NCBI GenBank assembly: GCA_043228905.1
Contig: JBHGNT010000015.1
Location: forward strand, 2,914,001-2,978,000
Source: Azolla caroliniana
Taxonomy: Eukaryota > Plantae > Polypodiophyta
Reading direction: 5' to 3'
DNA: 64,000 nt
Made by a program: the position numbers and the translations under genes. Below the pieces are notes generated by a model. It saw nothing but the letters and a program-made list of their open reading frames with translations. It did no database searches and was not told the origin of the DNA. This document shows, in pieces, positions 47,856 through 60,300 of this stretch (its first letter is position 1; every line of letters starts with the position of its first letter).

Positions 47856-48403
47856 AATGCAACAATTGCTTAATGATTTGGACATGGCTACTTCAGGTGA
47901 GATTGCACGAGAGAAGCACTTCTCTTCCATTTTGACATTCTAGAATTAGGCAAGTATGTTTTGAAAGAGGATCTGACAAAGGAGATGACAAATATGGGTG
48001 CTCGATTAGGTTTAGGGCAGAGAGATCTTCAAACATGGAGTCTCTCGTGTAGAAATTGATGACAAGTTGAGTGCCTTAAAGCTTCACTCGAAAAATGTTG
48101 CATCTTTGATGATAGAACGAAAACGGAAATGTTGACGGGAACTTCACGCTCCCTATACGCAACGCTCGGCCACAACCGAGCTTAGAATCATACACAGAAA
48201 ACGGGAAATAATGAACGACATGAAGAAGAGACGAGTACGCAGGATGTTTACGTGGAAAACCCAAACTAAGGGAAAAACCACGACAGCCCACAGGCTGCAA
48301 ACTATCACTATGTTAGAATGTACAATAGTGAGTTCACAGAGGCAACGACCTTGTGCTCACGATCCTCGCCACAGGCGGCGGTTACAACAGAGGCAACGAC
48401 CTC

Positions 48404-48449
<46 letters not shown>

Positions 48450-48618
48450 CACAGTTATGCGCTCTCTCTCTCCTTGCACCAACAAGAATGACAACAATAA
48501 CTAAAAGTTTGCCCTAAGTCATATTTATACTAATATGACTTTTCGGCTATTTACAAATATAGCCATGATGGACTCTCAGAAACATATTTACGAATATGTC
48601 TCTTCATCCGGTGAGCAC

Positions 48619-48836
48619 TTCTCACCGGGTCTGCACCATCCGACTCTCCGTAGCCGGGTACTCCTCATCCGGTTCTCACCGGGTCTGCACCATCCGGCTC
48701 TCCGTAGCCGGGTACTCCTCATTCGGTCTTCACCGGGTCTGCACCATCCGGCTCTCCGTAGCCGGGTACTCGTCATCCGGTTCTCACTGGGTCTGCACCA
48801 TCCGGCTCTCCGTAGCCGGGTACTCGTCATACGGTT
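48619..48836. repeat. Four tandem 54-bp repeats in U3 of the F LTR
   Basis: Unit TTCTCACCGGGTCTGCACCATCCGGCTCTCCGTAGCCGGGTACTCCTCATCCGG. Confidence 0.92.
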
Positions 48837-50147
48837 TCGGCCTCAGTCGAGTTTTTTCATCAACACTGGTCTTCTCCTTTCCCATCTGGAGGGACATGTC
48901 TCCCAAAAAACTCCCCCTTCACTCCGGCATGGGGTGTCTTACTAGTCCGATCCTCTTCCGGCATGCATCCAGCTTGTCAGGTATCAGCACTTTGGTCAGC
49001 ATATCTGACCTGTTCTCGGTCGTGTGGATCTTCGTCAGTGCGAACTCCTGGTCATCTACTCTTTCCCCGGATCCAGTGATATCTTCGCTGGATATGCTTC
49101 GTCCGGGAATGGTAGGCCGCATTCTTAGCAAGATGGATGGCACTTTGACTGTTGCAATAGAGTCTGTATTCATCTTGTCAGATACCGAGCTCTTCGATGA
49201 AGTCCTTCATCCATAATATTTCCTTGCCGGCTTCCACAACCGCCATGTACTCCGCCTCTGTTGTTGACAATGCAACCGTCTTTTGCAGCCTCGACTGCCA
49301 CGAAACAGCTCCCCCTGCATATGTCATTACCTACCCGGATGTAGACCGGCTGGTATCCACATCAACCGACATGTCCGAATCGGTGAAACCGTCAAGTTGA
49401 GGTTTTTCGGAGCCGAAGCGGAGACACATATTTGAAGTGCCCTTCAAGTACAGGAGTATCCATTTGACCGCGTTCCAGTGCTCCTTGCTGGGATTGCTCA
49501 TAAACCGGCTCACCACTCCGACTGCGTATCCTATATCCGGTCGGGTACACACCATTGCGTACATCAAGCTCCCGACGGCAGAGGCATATGGAATCTTCAT
49601 CATATATGCCTTCTCTGCTTTCGTCTTCGGGCTTTGCTTACCGGATAGCCTGCAGTTTGCCGGAAGTGTCGATCCGACCGGTTTCGCATCTGACATGTTG
49701 AACTGGTGAAGCACCTTTGTCACGTACTTCTCCTGTGACAACCACAATTGCTTCACTGACCGGTTCCGGATAATATGCATCCCCAACATCTGTCTTGCCG
49801 GACCCAAGTCTTTCATTGAGAAGGTCCGGTTGAGAGCCTTCTTCAGCATCTGTATTTTGACTTGGTCCTGTCCAACGATCAACATGTCATCCACGTACAG
49901 AAGGAGTATCAGGAAGTCGTCTCCTTCGAACTTCTTCACAAACACGCAGTGATCGGCCTGCATCTTGTGGTACCCTTGATCGGTCATGAAGGAGTCGAAC
50001 TTCCGGTACCATTGCCGGGGGGCTTGCTTCAACCCGTAGAGGCTCTTCTTCAACCGGCATACCAGGTGCTCCTTCCCTTTCTCCATGAATCCTTCCGGTT
50101 GCTGCATGTAGATCTACTCTTCGAGGTCGCCGTGAAGGAATGCCGTC

Positions 50148-52992
50148 TGTTACCCGTTCAAGGCTCGTATATCTGCGTCTATCGGTCTTCAAGGGCGTGG
50201 TACGTGAAGGCTCGTATAGAGGCGTTGAGAGAGATACAGGGCTCAGAGAGAAAACACTAGCGAGGTTTTGATAGACGTGGCGGCGTGAAACTCATAGGTA
50301 TAGATCGAAACACAGACTCATGCAGCAAAATAGGCACAATTAAGATATATTACTATGGCAGAAAAGGATTACAGAACACGGCCTATGGCCGGTGACCTTA
50401 CGAGTTTATCTAATACGAATGACTAAGCTAGTGCTTCCACCTATAATTTTCTTCTTCCTTTCTGAGGTACTGCTCCTCGTTTAAATAACTTTTCCCCTAA
50501 CACATCACCGAGCCATCGGTGGCCCGTGATACTCGGACTCGGCGTTTGCTAATTTCCTAATTTTACATTTCTGTCCTCTGGACAACACCTGACACGCCCG
50601 TGGGACAGGACCTTGTCTGTCGGACCCACGACTTACAAAATACTAACAATATTACAAAAATTGCCTTTTAGGCGTGATCCTCATTTCATTCCTCCTTTAA
50701 GTTGTCGAGGATGATTTCGGGGTCCGGGGTGGTGGCAAGGTGGTCTGGTTGGATTGTCGGTGTGGGGCTTGAGTTTGGTCCGGGGGTGGCATATCTTCTC
50801 GGGCGTCCGCCTCGGGTGCGGCCGATTCTTCTGGTGGGGGTGTGGGTTCGTGGGCACTGACCTCTCCTTCGACAGGCTCTGGTACCGTGTGGGCGTCCAA
50901 GGGATGTCTGTTGGCCGGGGCAAGTTCCTCCTGTGTCGTGTCTGTGATTGCCTTGCTGGGAGGTTCTTCTTTCTGCTCTATGGCCGTTGGAGGGCTGGTG
51001 GGGATGGCTGCGAGTCGTTCTCGTTCGAAGGCTTCTGCTTCCAGGCGAAACAACATCTGACCGTCATTGAAGTCCTCCATGATTTGCTCGATTGCCGCGG
51101 TGTGAGATTTTGCTAGGGACTGGTAATCCTCGGTTAAATCTGCACGCAGGTTTTGAATGCTGGCTTCGTCCATTTTGTAGAAACCGCGGCCCTCCTTCCG
51201 TCGGTTCTCGGCGTCGGCGCGTAAAATATGCAATTCGGCAGCTTGGGCTGCCCATTCGTCTCCTTCGCGACTTAATGTTTCCTCGACCTTTTTGGTAAGG
51301 TGCTGGCGTTGTTTCTCGAGCAGTATGCGGATGCGTGTCTCATCCATGCCGGGCTGTGCTCGGATGGCTGCTAATTCCTGTATTAAGCCGTCGACCTCGG
51401 TCTGAATCTTCTGTGTCCTTAGCTCATAGATGGCTTGACTGTTCTTTGCATCCGCGGTTACGAGCTGGAGAGCCTGCTTGTAACGCTTGGTGAGTTCTTC
51501 GGTGGCCTGCTCCCGTTCTTTCTGACACGTGGCCCGGATTTGTTCCCGTTCGACGATTCTCTCTTCTTGTAGGGCGAAGTAGGAATCCGATAAGGCGTCT
51601 TTTTGCTCTGAAAGTAGCTTGCACTTGATGAAAAACTCGTCAGCCATCTCTTTAAGGGTTGTACGTTGACTCTGCAGCTCGGCATTCTCCGCGTTCATCC
51701 TCTCCTCTCGGTGGCGATTTCTTTCCTCCTACCGCTGGTTCCAATTGTTTGCATTGTCGAGCGCGGCCTGTAGGTCTAGAACCTCCGTTTCTTTCTTCAC
51801 CACTGTGGTTGCGTATTCCTCCAGCTTGCTTTTGAGTTCGGCTTCCTTGGCCGCGGCTTGCGCTTGTACCCGGCCCAGTGCTTCGTTTTGCTCGTGTATC
51901 CGTTGGTCGGCCTGGGCTCTTATCTCGGCCATCTGCTTGGAAGCTTCTTCTTTTAGGCGAGCCATCGCCTCTTGATGCTGTTGTTCGTGTCTCTCGGTTC
52001 GCCGTTCTTCTTCTTTAAGCTCCGCACGGTAATCCCGGAGCGGGGGTTCTGTCTGGGTTGCCACCTCCTTGGTTGCACGAGGTGCGGGTAGTTTGGTTTG
52101 CTCCACGGCCGTGGCCGCCTCGGTTGTTGTGCAGGCATCGACCATTTGTAACGAGTCCGTTTGTGTACTGGCCTGTACCTTCAGGATTGAGTCGGTGATG
52201 GTGCTTTCATCGATCATTGTTATGGGTGGAGGCGCTGGGAGGGCCTCGGTGGTCGTTACCGGAAGGCTCGGGACTTGTTGTTCCGGCTGGTTTTGCTCCC
52301 AGGCTGCCAGCTTCTGGTTTGTAGCGTGCCATAGTTCTGTAGCCATCTTTGCCTGTTTTTGGGCTACTTTTATCTTTCGGGCCATGTCTTTGGCTGCCCG
52401 CGTAGTGCGATCCAGGTCCCGATATGCCTCGATAAGGGCCGTGTTCAACTCGGGGACCTCCATGAGGAGAGCGGCCTGTTTTGCCTGCTTCTTTCTCCCG
52501 ATTTTTTGTAAAGCCCCGTCCCACCCGGTGTGCCAAATTGTGTTACCCGTTCCTTTGGGTGAACACCTTCGATAGATCTGCGTCTATCGGTCTTCAAGGG
52601 CGTGGTACGTGAAGGCTCGTATAGAGGCGTCGAGAGAGATACAGGGCTCAGAGAGAAAACACTAGCAAGGTTTTGATAGACGTGGCGGAGTGAAACTCAT
52701 AGGTATAGATCGAAACACAGACTCATGCAGCAAAATAGGCACAATTAAGATATATTACTATGGCAGAAAAGGATTACAGAACACGACCTATGGCCGGTGA
52801 CCTTACGAGTTTATCTAATACGAATGACTAAGCTAGTGCTTCCACCTATAATTTTCTTCTTCCTTTCTGAGGTACTGCTCCTCGTTTAAATAACTTTTCC
52901 CCTAACACATCGCCGAGCCATCGGTGGCCCGTGATACTCGGACTCGGCGTTTGCTAATTTCCTAATTTTACATTTCTGTCCTCTGGACAACA
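50148..52992 (-). mobile_element. Non-autonomous deletion derivative of family D
   Basis: LTRs 52541-52992 and 50148-50587, perfect TSD CCGTC, PBS TGGCACACCGGGTGGGAC 52518-52535. The interior is only the 3' part of ORF3. Confidence 0.93.
50697..52463 (-). pseudogene. Coiled-coil portion of family D ORF3 (one internal stop, late frameshift)
   Basis: ORFs 51729-52463 and 50697-51698 align to 17167-18932. Confidence 0.8.
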
Positions 52993-55900
52993 CCGTCTTC
53001 ACGTCTAGCTGCTCTACCTCGAGGTCCATGCTCGCCGCTATACTCAACACCGTCCGGATGGAGGTCATCTTTACTACCGGGGCAAATATCTCGTCGAAGT
53101 CCACACCCTTCTTCTGCTGGAACCCCTCCACCACGATCCTGGCTTTGTATCTTGGGGGTTTGCCGGCATCTCCCGGTTTCAACTTGTACACCCACTTGTT
53201 TCGGAGTGCCCGCTTTCCTTTCGGCAACTCCACCAATTCGTACGTATGGTTCTCATGCAGGGAATCCATCTCATCCTGCATGGCACTTAACCATTTGCGG
53301 TTGTGGGCGTCATCCTTCGCTTCTTCGAAGCTTTCTGGCTCCCCCTCACCGGTCAGCAAAACATGCTCTGCATCCGGAAATCTCCGGGGGGCCCTTCTAT
53401 CTCTGAGAGGATATCTCCGTCTTCGGGCTTCGGTAACCGGCTCCTCCATTTGCTCTTCATCCGAATCCGATTCGGGGTCTTGGCCGGTTCCGGTTTCAGC
53501 TTCCTCTACCTCTTCTTCAGCCTGTTCGGTATCCTCACCGTAACCGGCTGGTCCCTCGAGTGCTAACCAGTCTCTTGCCGGTTGGGTCTGCTCATTGTAG
53601 AGTCGATCCTTACCGGTCAACTCAGAGTTCATTATCTTCTTCTCCGACTTCCAGTCGGCGAGCGTCTTGTCCTCCATGAAGATAATATCTCGACTCCGGA
53701 ATACCTTCTTGTCGACCAGGTCCCACACTCGGTAGCCGAACTCATCGTCACCATAACTGAGGAATATGCATGGCCGGGTCTTTGGATCTAACTTTCCTCT
53801 CCGGTCCTTAGCTACATGCACGTACGCGAGACACCCGAACACCTTCAGATGCCGGTAGGATACTTCCTTACCGGTCCACACTCTCTGTGGCGTGTCTCCG
53901 TCCAAGGGTACTGAGGGTGATCTATTTATCACATATGTCGCCGTCGACAATGCCTCAGCCCAAAACTTCTTGGGTAGTTTTGCATGCGCTAGCATACTCC
54001 GGACCCTCTCCATTATGGTCCGGTTCATCCTCTCGGCCAGTCCGTTTAGTTCCGGTGTCTTCGGCACGGTAAATTCGAGTCGGATTCCCTTCGAGCGGCA
54101 GTACTCCTCGAACTGCCCCCGGTATTCTCCTCCGTTATCTGCTCGAACCGCCTTCAGCTTCCGGCCGGTTTCTCTTTCCACTCTCGCGTGGAGCTCTTTG
54201 AAGACAGATAACACCTGATCCTTCGTCTTCAACGGTGTGGCCCACAGCTTCCAGCTGTGGTCATCTATGAACGTCACGAAGTACTGCACTCCGGCATGTG
54301 ACTTCGTGTCTACTTGACACACATCCATATGCACCAACTCCAGTGGTGCATTACGTCTCATCTGTGGCCTTGGTCGGAAGGAGGTCCGGTTTTGCTTACC
54401 GGCCAGACAATCAGTGCACTTCTCCAAGTGCACGTTCTTCACTGGGATGAGGTTGTCGTCTACAAGCCTCTTCATCCCCTTCTCGCTCATATGACACAGC
54501 CTCTTGTGCCACAGCTCATCGGCAGTGTCAGATGCCACATTCACTTCTTCCGGACATAACCATGCATTCATCAGGTACAATGTGTTAACCTTCCGGGCCC
54601 GAGCCACAATCAGGCTCCCTTTGCTGAACTTCATGACACCGTTCCGGATGCTACCCGTGTAGCCTTCATCATCTAGCCGACCGACTGATATCAGGTTCAG
54701 ACGAACCTCTGGAACGTGTCAGACATCCTTCAGCAGCAACTTGCATCCGGTTGGTGTTGTCACCCACACGTCTCCTATGCCGACAATTCGGCATGTACCT
54801 TCATTCCCCATCCGGACACAGCCGTGATCACTGGCTGTGTAGAATGAGAAGCATTTCCGGTCTGGGGTAAGGTGGAACAACACTTCGGAGTCTACCACCC
54901 AGGTCATCTCGTCACCGGCAAGGTTTATCTCACTCTCCTCGGTGATGAGCATCAACTCTTCTTCACCTTCCGCGATTGCCGTCGTCCCCTTCCGGTCCGT
55001 TCCCCTCCGGTCTTTACCGTTTCGGTCTGGTATCCGCTTCGAATCGGTACCGTCGGTTTCCTTGTCCTTTCGGAAATGCAGACAGTTCTTCTGGAAGTGT
55101 CCTGGCTTGCCGCAATAGAAGCAAGTAGGTCTTCCCCTTGACTTTGACCGTGTCCCCGACTTCTCCCGGTTCTGGGGACTACGGTTTCTATGTCTTCCAC
55201 GTTCTGATTCGGTAAGGAGCGCTTTGGAGTCGGATCTCGTATCTTTATCTTTCCGACGCGCCTCCTCATCTAGCAAGCTCGACTTTACTCTTGCTAGGGA
55301 TAACCGTTTTCCTTCCGGCCCGGCGTTGCCCAAAGTGACAACCAACGTCTCCCAGCTATCCGGGAGGGAACCGAGCAAGAGTAGCGCTAGAACCTCATCG
55401 GCGAGAGGTACTTCCAATGAAGTTGCCTGGTGGATCAGCCCCTGGAAGGCATTCATGTGCTCTGCCATGCTGGAGCTATCTTGGTACCGGAGTCTTACTA
55501 GCTTCCGGAATACCGAAACCTGATTAATAGCATTTTTGTTTCGAAACATAATGCCGATTTTCTCCTAGAGCTCATGAGCCTTGCTCTCTTCATTGAAGTT
55601 GTTGTATAGGCTCATGTCGATGAAGCACCGTATGTACGCCGTTGTCTTCATGTGCATCACCTCCCATATTGTGGCGTCGATCTTGTCCGGTCTCTTGTCC
55701 CCGAACTGAACCGGTAACCAAAGATCTTTAACCACGAGCATGTCCCTCATCTTTGACTTCCACATTGAATAGTTGGAGCCGGTGAGCTTGAACATGCCGC
55801 CAAACGATTCGTCCATTGAACATGCCGGTGTGTCTCATCTGGTGTTGGATTCAAGCTTGATTGGTGTCTCATGTGGCGTAGGAAGGAATCTGACGAGAAT

Positions 55901-57398
55901 TCTCGTGTCAACACACACCACAACAAAACAGAGTCGCCGAACGAAAGAATCGGCACATCCTCGAAGTAGCACGGACCATGATGAACGAAAAGCACCTGCC
56001 GAAGTCGTACTGGGCAGAAGTGGCTAACACAGCCGTATACATCATGAATCGGTGTACGACATCGGGTATGCACGAACTTACTCTGCACGAGAAGTTTTCC
56101 GGAAAGAAGTCGTACCTATCACATGTTTGGATATTTGGCTCCATTGCGTACGTGCACATCCCCGACGAGAAACGACAAAAGCTCGACTGGAAGTCGAAGA
56201 AATGTATCCTTGCAGGATACTCACTGGAGCAAAAGGGGTACAAGTGATATAACCCCTCAACTTGAAAATCTCGAGTAAGTCGAGATGTCATTTTTGACGA
56301 GTCCGCATCTTGGTACGCACCAGAGACAACTTCGACTCCAATTCCGCTCGACCCAAAGATGCACACACTCTCCAAAAACAAGACATGGGATCTTGTCCCC
56401 CACTCACTGCACGAGAAGGCGATCGATTGCAGATGGATCTACAAGGTGAAGTATAACGCCGACGGCTCTATAACCCGCTACAAAGCTTGACTCGTAGGAA
56501 AAGGATACACACAGATGCATGGAGTCGACTACGAAGAGACATTTGCCCCGGTGGCAAAGATAACAACTGTGCGGACCGTGATTGCACTTGCAACGGCGAA
56601 AGGGTGGCACCTCCACCAAATGGAAGACAAGAACGCCTTTCTTCAAGGCGAATTAGAAGAGGTGTACATGGTACAACCACCCGACTTCGAATCCAACATT
56701 CATCTGAAAGCCGTATGCCAACTCAAGAAGCCTCTCTATGGCCTTAAGCAAGCACCGCGTGCTTGGCATTCGAAGATTACGCAATATCTTCATGAAATTG
56801 GATTTCTAATGTGGAAATCTGACAACTCCCTCTACTTACAAAACAACTCTAGAAGCTCGATTGTCATCATCCTATACGTGGATGATCTGGTCATTGGAAG
56901 AGAAAGTTTAGTCGACATCAACAAGGTGAAATCCGTCCTCTCCAACGACCTCCGGATTTGTCTTCTCGCTCGGTAGCGGAGCAATATCTTGGAGTAGTAA
57001 GAAGCAGCCTACCGTTGCACTTTTGAGTACGGAGGCCGAAGACAGGGGTGCAACCGTAGCTGCATGTGAAGCCGTATGGCTCAAGAGGATTTTGAAGGAT
57101 CTAGGCATTCTTATCAAGGATCTGACTCCCATTTACTGCGACAACATGAGCAGTATATATCTGGCTCGGAACCCGGTGTCCCACGCACACACAAAGCATA
57201 TCGAAGTACACTACCACTTCATTCGAGAGCGTGCTCAGGTCGGAGATGTTGATCTTCTACACATCAACACGAATATTGAGACAACCGACATCTTCACCGA
57301 GGCCCTAGGAGGCGACAAGCTTCGACAATTCTTGTAAGACCTTGGATTGACGATCCCTAACTTGCCAAGCTTGAGGGGGAGTACAAGTGGGAACCCGA

Positions 57399-60300
57399 TG
57401 TCGAATACGAGTGTATAATGGCCGTATTCACATTGTCCCTTTGGACAGCCCAAGTTTGGGCCATTTATGTAGATAGCATAAAGGGCAGTTGCCCTAGGAT
57501 AGTCATTTGTAACCTTTAGTGAATGTTGGTTGTCATTTGTAACAGTTGCTATTGGAATATAACGTTTCCTTTGTGCCTCTCTCTCTCTCTCCCCCTCTGT
57601 TTCTATCTTGCTCATGCATACATAGGTTCTTCTTCATCACGAATGTTGCTTGCACTTCCGCATGACGGCCGCCTTGTCCCCAACATTTGGTATAAGAGCG
57701 TTGGAGGTTCTTCAACCCGTTGCCGACCGTCATCATACAACACAACATTCTGTTTTCGTTTTCTTTGAAGAACAGAGAAGGGAGAAGAAAAACAAAAAGC
57801 TCGCATCTCACTGTGTTAAATCACAAATTGGAGTAAGCCAGTCGGTTGTACTCTGTTCCTATGATTGTAACCGCTTGAGGGGATACCCTTGAGCAACAAC
57901 CGACCCAATCGTGCTTCATTCGGTTAAACAACATCCGAATAGGTCACCAGACGCTATTCACCCGCTTGCTGTAACCACTCGCTGCAGATTGGTCTCCTAG
58001 CAACAACTACTTCGTGCTTTAATCGGCTGATCGACATTTGGGAGGATCAGTTGGATCCGTCCCTCTCATCGCTGCTGTCATCCGAAGCTGAATCGGTCCA
58101 AACAATCGGTCTCGTGTAATCGGTATTCGGCATACAATCGGAAGCTAACCGGGCTCACTCCGACTCGGCAACATTCGGGAAGACCAGACGGTTCTGTCCC
58201 TCATGTTACTGGAGTCACGCCGAGCAAGTTCAACAACAAGTATCTGAAACCAAACCGACTCGGGTTCAAAACCGACTAGAACGATATTGGGTGAGCCGAT
58301 CGGCTGCACCCCACTAAGGTTCGTAGTCAACTCCGAACCGAGTCTTACCAACTGAAACCGAAGCAGATGGCATCAACATCCGGCTCATCGGAGATGAGTC
58401 TAAGGAGGTTCGATGGTTCGAACTTCAACTTCTGGAAGGAACAAATGCAGGACTATCTCATAGTCAAGGGTCAGATGGACCCGATTGAGAATGAAAATCC
58501 TCTAGAAGCATACAAGGCAAACAAGTGGCTAAAGCTGGACAGAATCATCCGAGCCACGATTCAGATGCACTTGTCGGAGTCAGTGTACTTTACAGTGCAA
58601 TCATGCACGACAACGTTTGAACTTTGGAAAACACTTTCGATAACCTATTAAAAGAAGGTCACCGCAACGAAGATGTATCTGATCCGGCGCCTCTACAACT
58701 TGCGGATGAAAGAATCCGATTCGGTTCAGGCATACCTCAACGAGTACGAAAGCATAAGCTCCCAAATATCATCTCAGGGGACGACAATCGAGGATGAACT
58801 CAGAGCAATGATACTCATGAGTAGCCTCCCCTCTTCATGGGAAATTTTCGTTACAACCGTGTGCAACGCTTCAACAACTGTCGTTAAGTACTCCGAAGTC
58901 ACGAGCGCAATCCTGACTGAAGCAACTTGGAGAAAGTCTTTCGCCAAAGACTCGGCAGATGAAGCTTACGTAGTACAAGGTTCGACCGACCGATCGACCA
59001 ACCGGGGAAGAAGTTCTTCTCGACCACTGAACAATCAGCGAAGTCGGAGCAAGTCCCGGGACAACCGAATCTGCAACTACTGCAAGAAACCGGGACACAT
59101 CAAAGCCGACTGCCGGGCACTCAAAGCAAAAACCGACAAAGCTCAGAGAGTGGATCAGAAGAGTAGCCGGCATGAGCAGGTCAACTACGTCGGTTCTTCA
59201 ACCGAAATTTTCATGACCGACCCGAACATACTGTCCATAGAGAACCCAGTCGAATCAGAAGTTCTGCTTACGACTAAGGAATCGAGCACATGGCTCCTGG
59301 ACTCGGGTGCATCGTATCATGTGACACCTCACCGATCTCAGTTTTGGCAATACTCGGACCGGCACTCCGACTCAGTTCGAGTCGGAAACTCGCAGCACTG
59401 TGCTACAATCGGAATCCGCACCGTAGAGCTCAACCTTTCGGGTGGGTCTACACTCGTACTACACAACGTTCGACACGTTCCTGAGCTTTCAAGACCCTTG
59501 ATCTCAGTCGGACAACTTGATGAAGCCGGCATCCGTGCCGGGTTCTCATCAGGAGGGTGGACACTCCATAAAGGGAACCTCCTGCTTGGTCGAGGACCCA
59601 AGGTACACTCTTTGTATCCTTTATATGTCACGCTCAAAGAGGGTGACTTATTTCTGGTTGATATCCCCGTGTCATCGTTATGGCATGAACGACTTGGACA
59701 CCTCAGCAAGGCCGGCATAACGCACCTATCCAGAGCCGGTTACATCCCCAAGCTCTCCTTCTCGGATCACCAATTTTGCGAGCATTGCCAATACGGCAAG
59801 CAGGTAGCCACATCACACCCGACATCAGCACCAAGAGAATCGAGCCCCCTCGATTTAGTCCACTCGGACGTCTGTGGCCCAATGCCACATCAGTCTCTCG
59901 GTGGTGCTTCGTACTTCGTCAGTTTCATACTTCGTACTTCGTCAAGTGTGGACTTATCCCATCAGAACCAAAGATCGGGTGTTCTCGATCTTCTCCAAAT
60001 GGCTTGCAATGGTCGAAAACCAGACCGGTCGGAAACTAAAATGTGTCCGAACCGACAATGAAGGAAGATTCAAGAAGGAGAATTCATCAAATTCTGTCGG
60101 GAACGTGGCATTCGATGTGAATATACGGCACCCTATAGTCCGGACCAGAACGGAATTGCTGAACGCATGAATTGGATGATTCAAGAACGCGTAGTATCCA
60201 TGCTCCAACACTCCGGACTGTCGGATGGCTTCTGGGCAGAGGCTCTACTTATGGCAGTACACATAATAAATATGTCGCCAAGTAGACCTGTAGGACTTCA

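Larger units (their letters stand above)
48110..55816 (-). mobile_element. Ty1/Copia element F (relative of C), 5' LTR missing, RT interrupted
   Basis: Gag starts at 55816; PR/INT 55549-52993; RT/RH 50147-48919; PPT AGGGGGAG near 48911-48918; 3' LTR about 48110-48908, partly homologous to the C LTR. Confidence 0.9.

Noticed and set aside
52505-52540. Mini-element as a retroposed spliced RNA (an AG precedes the junction at 17113-17114)
   Set aside because: The GTGAGT donor candidate near 9766 does not coincide with the junction, and there is no pyrimidine tract at the acceptor. A simple deletion is as likely.
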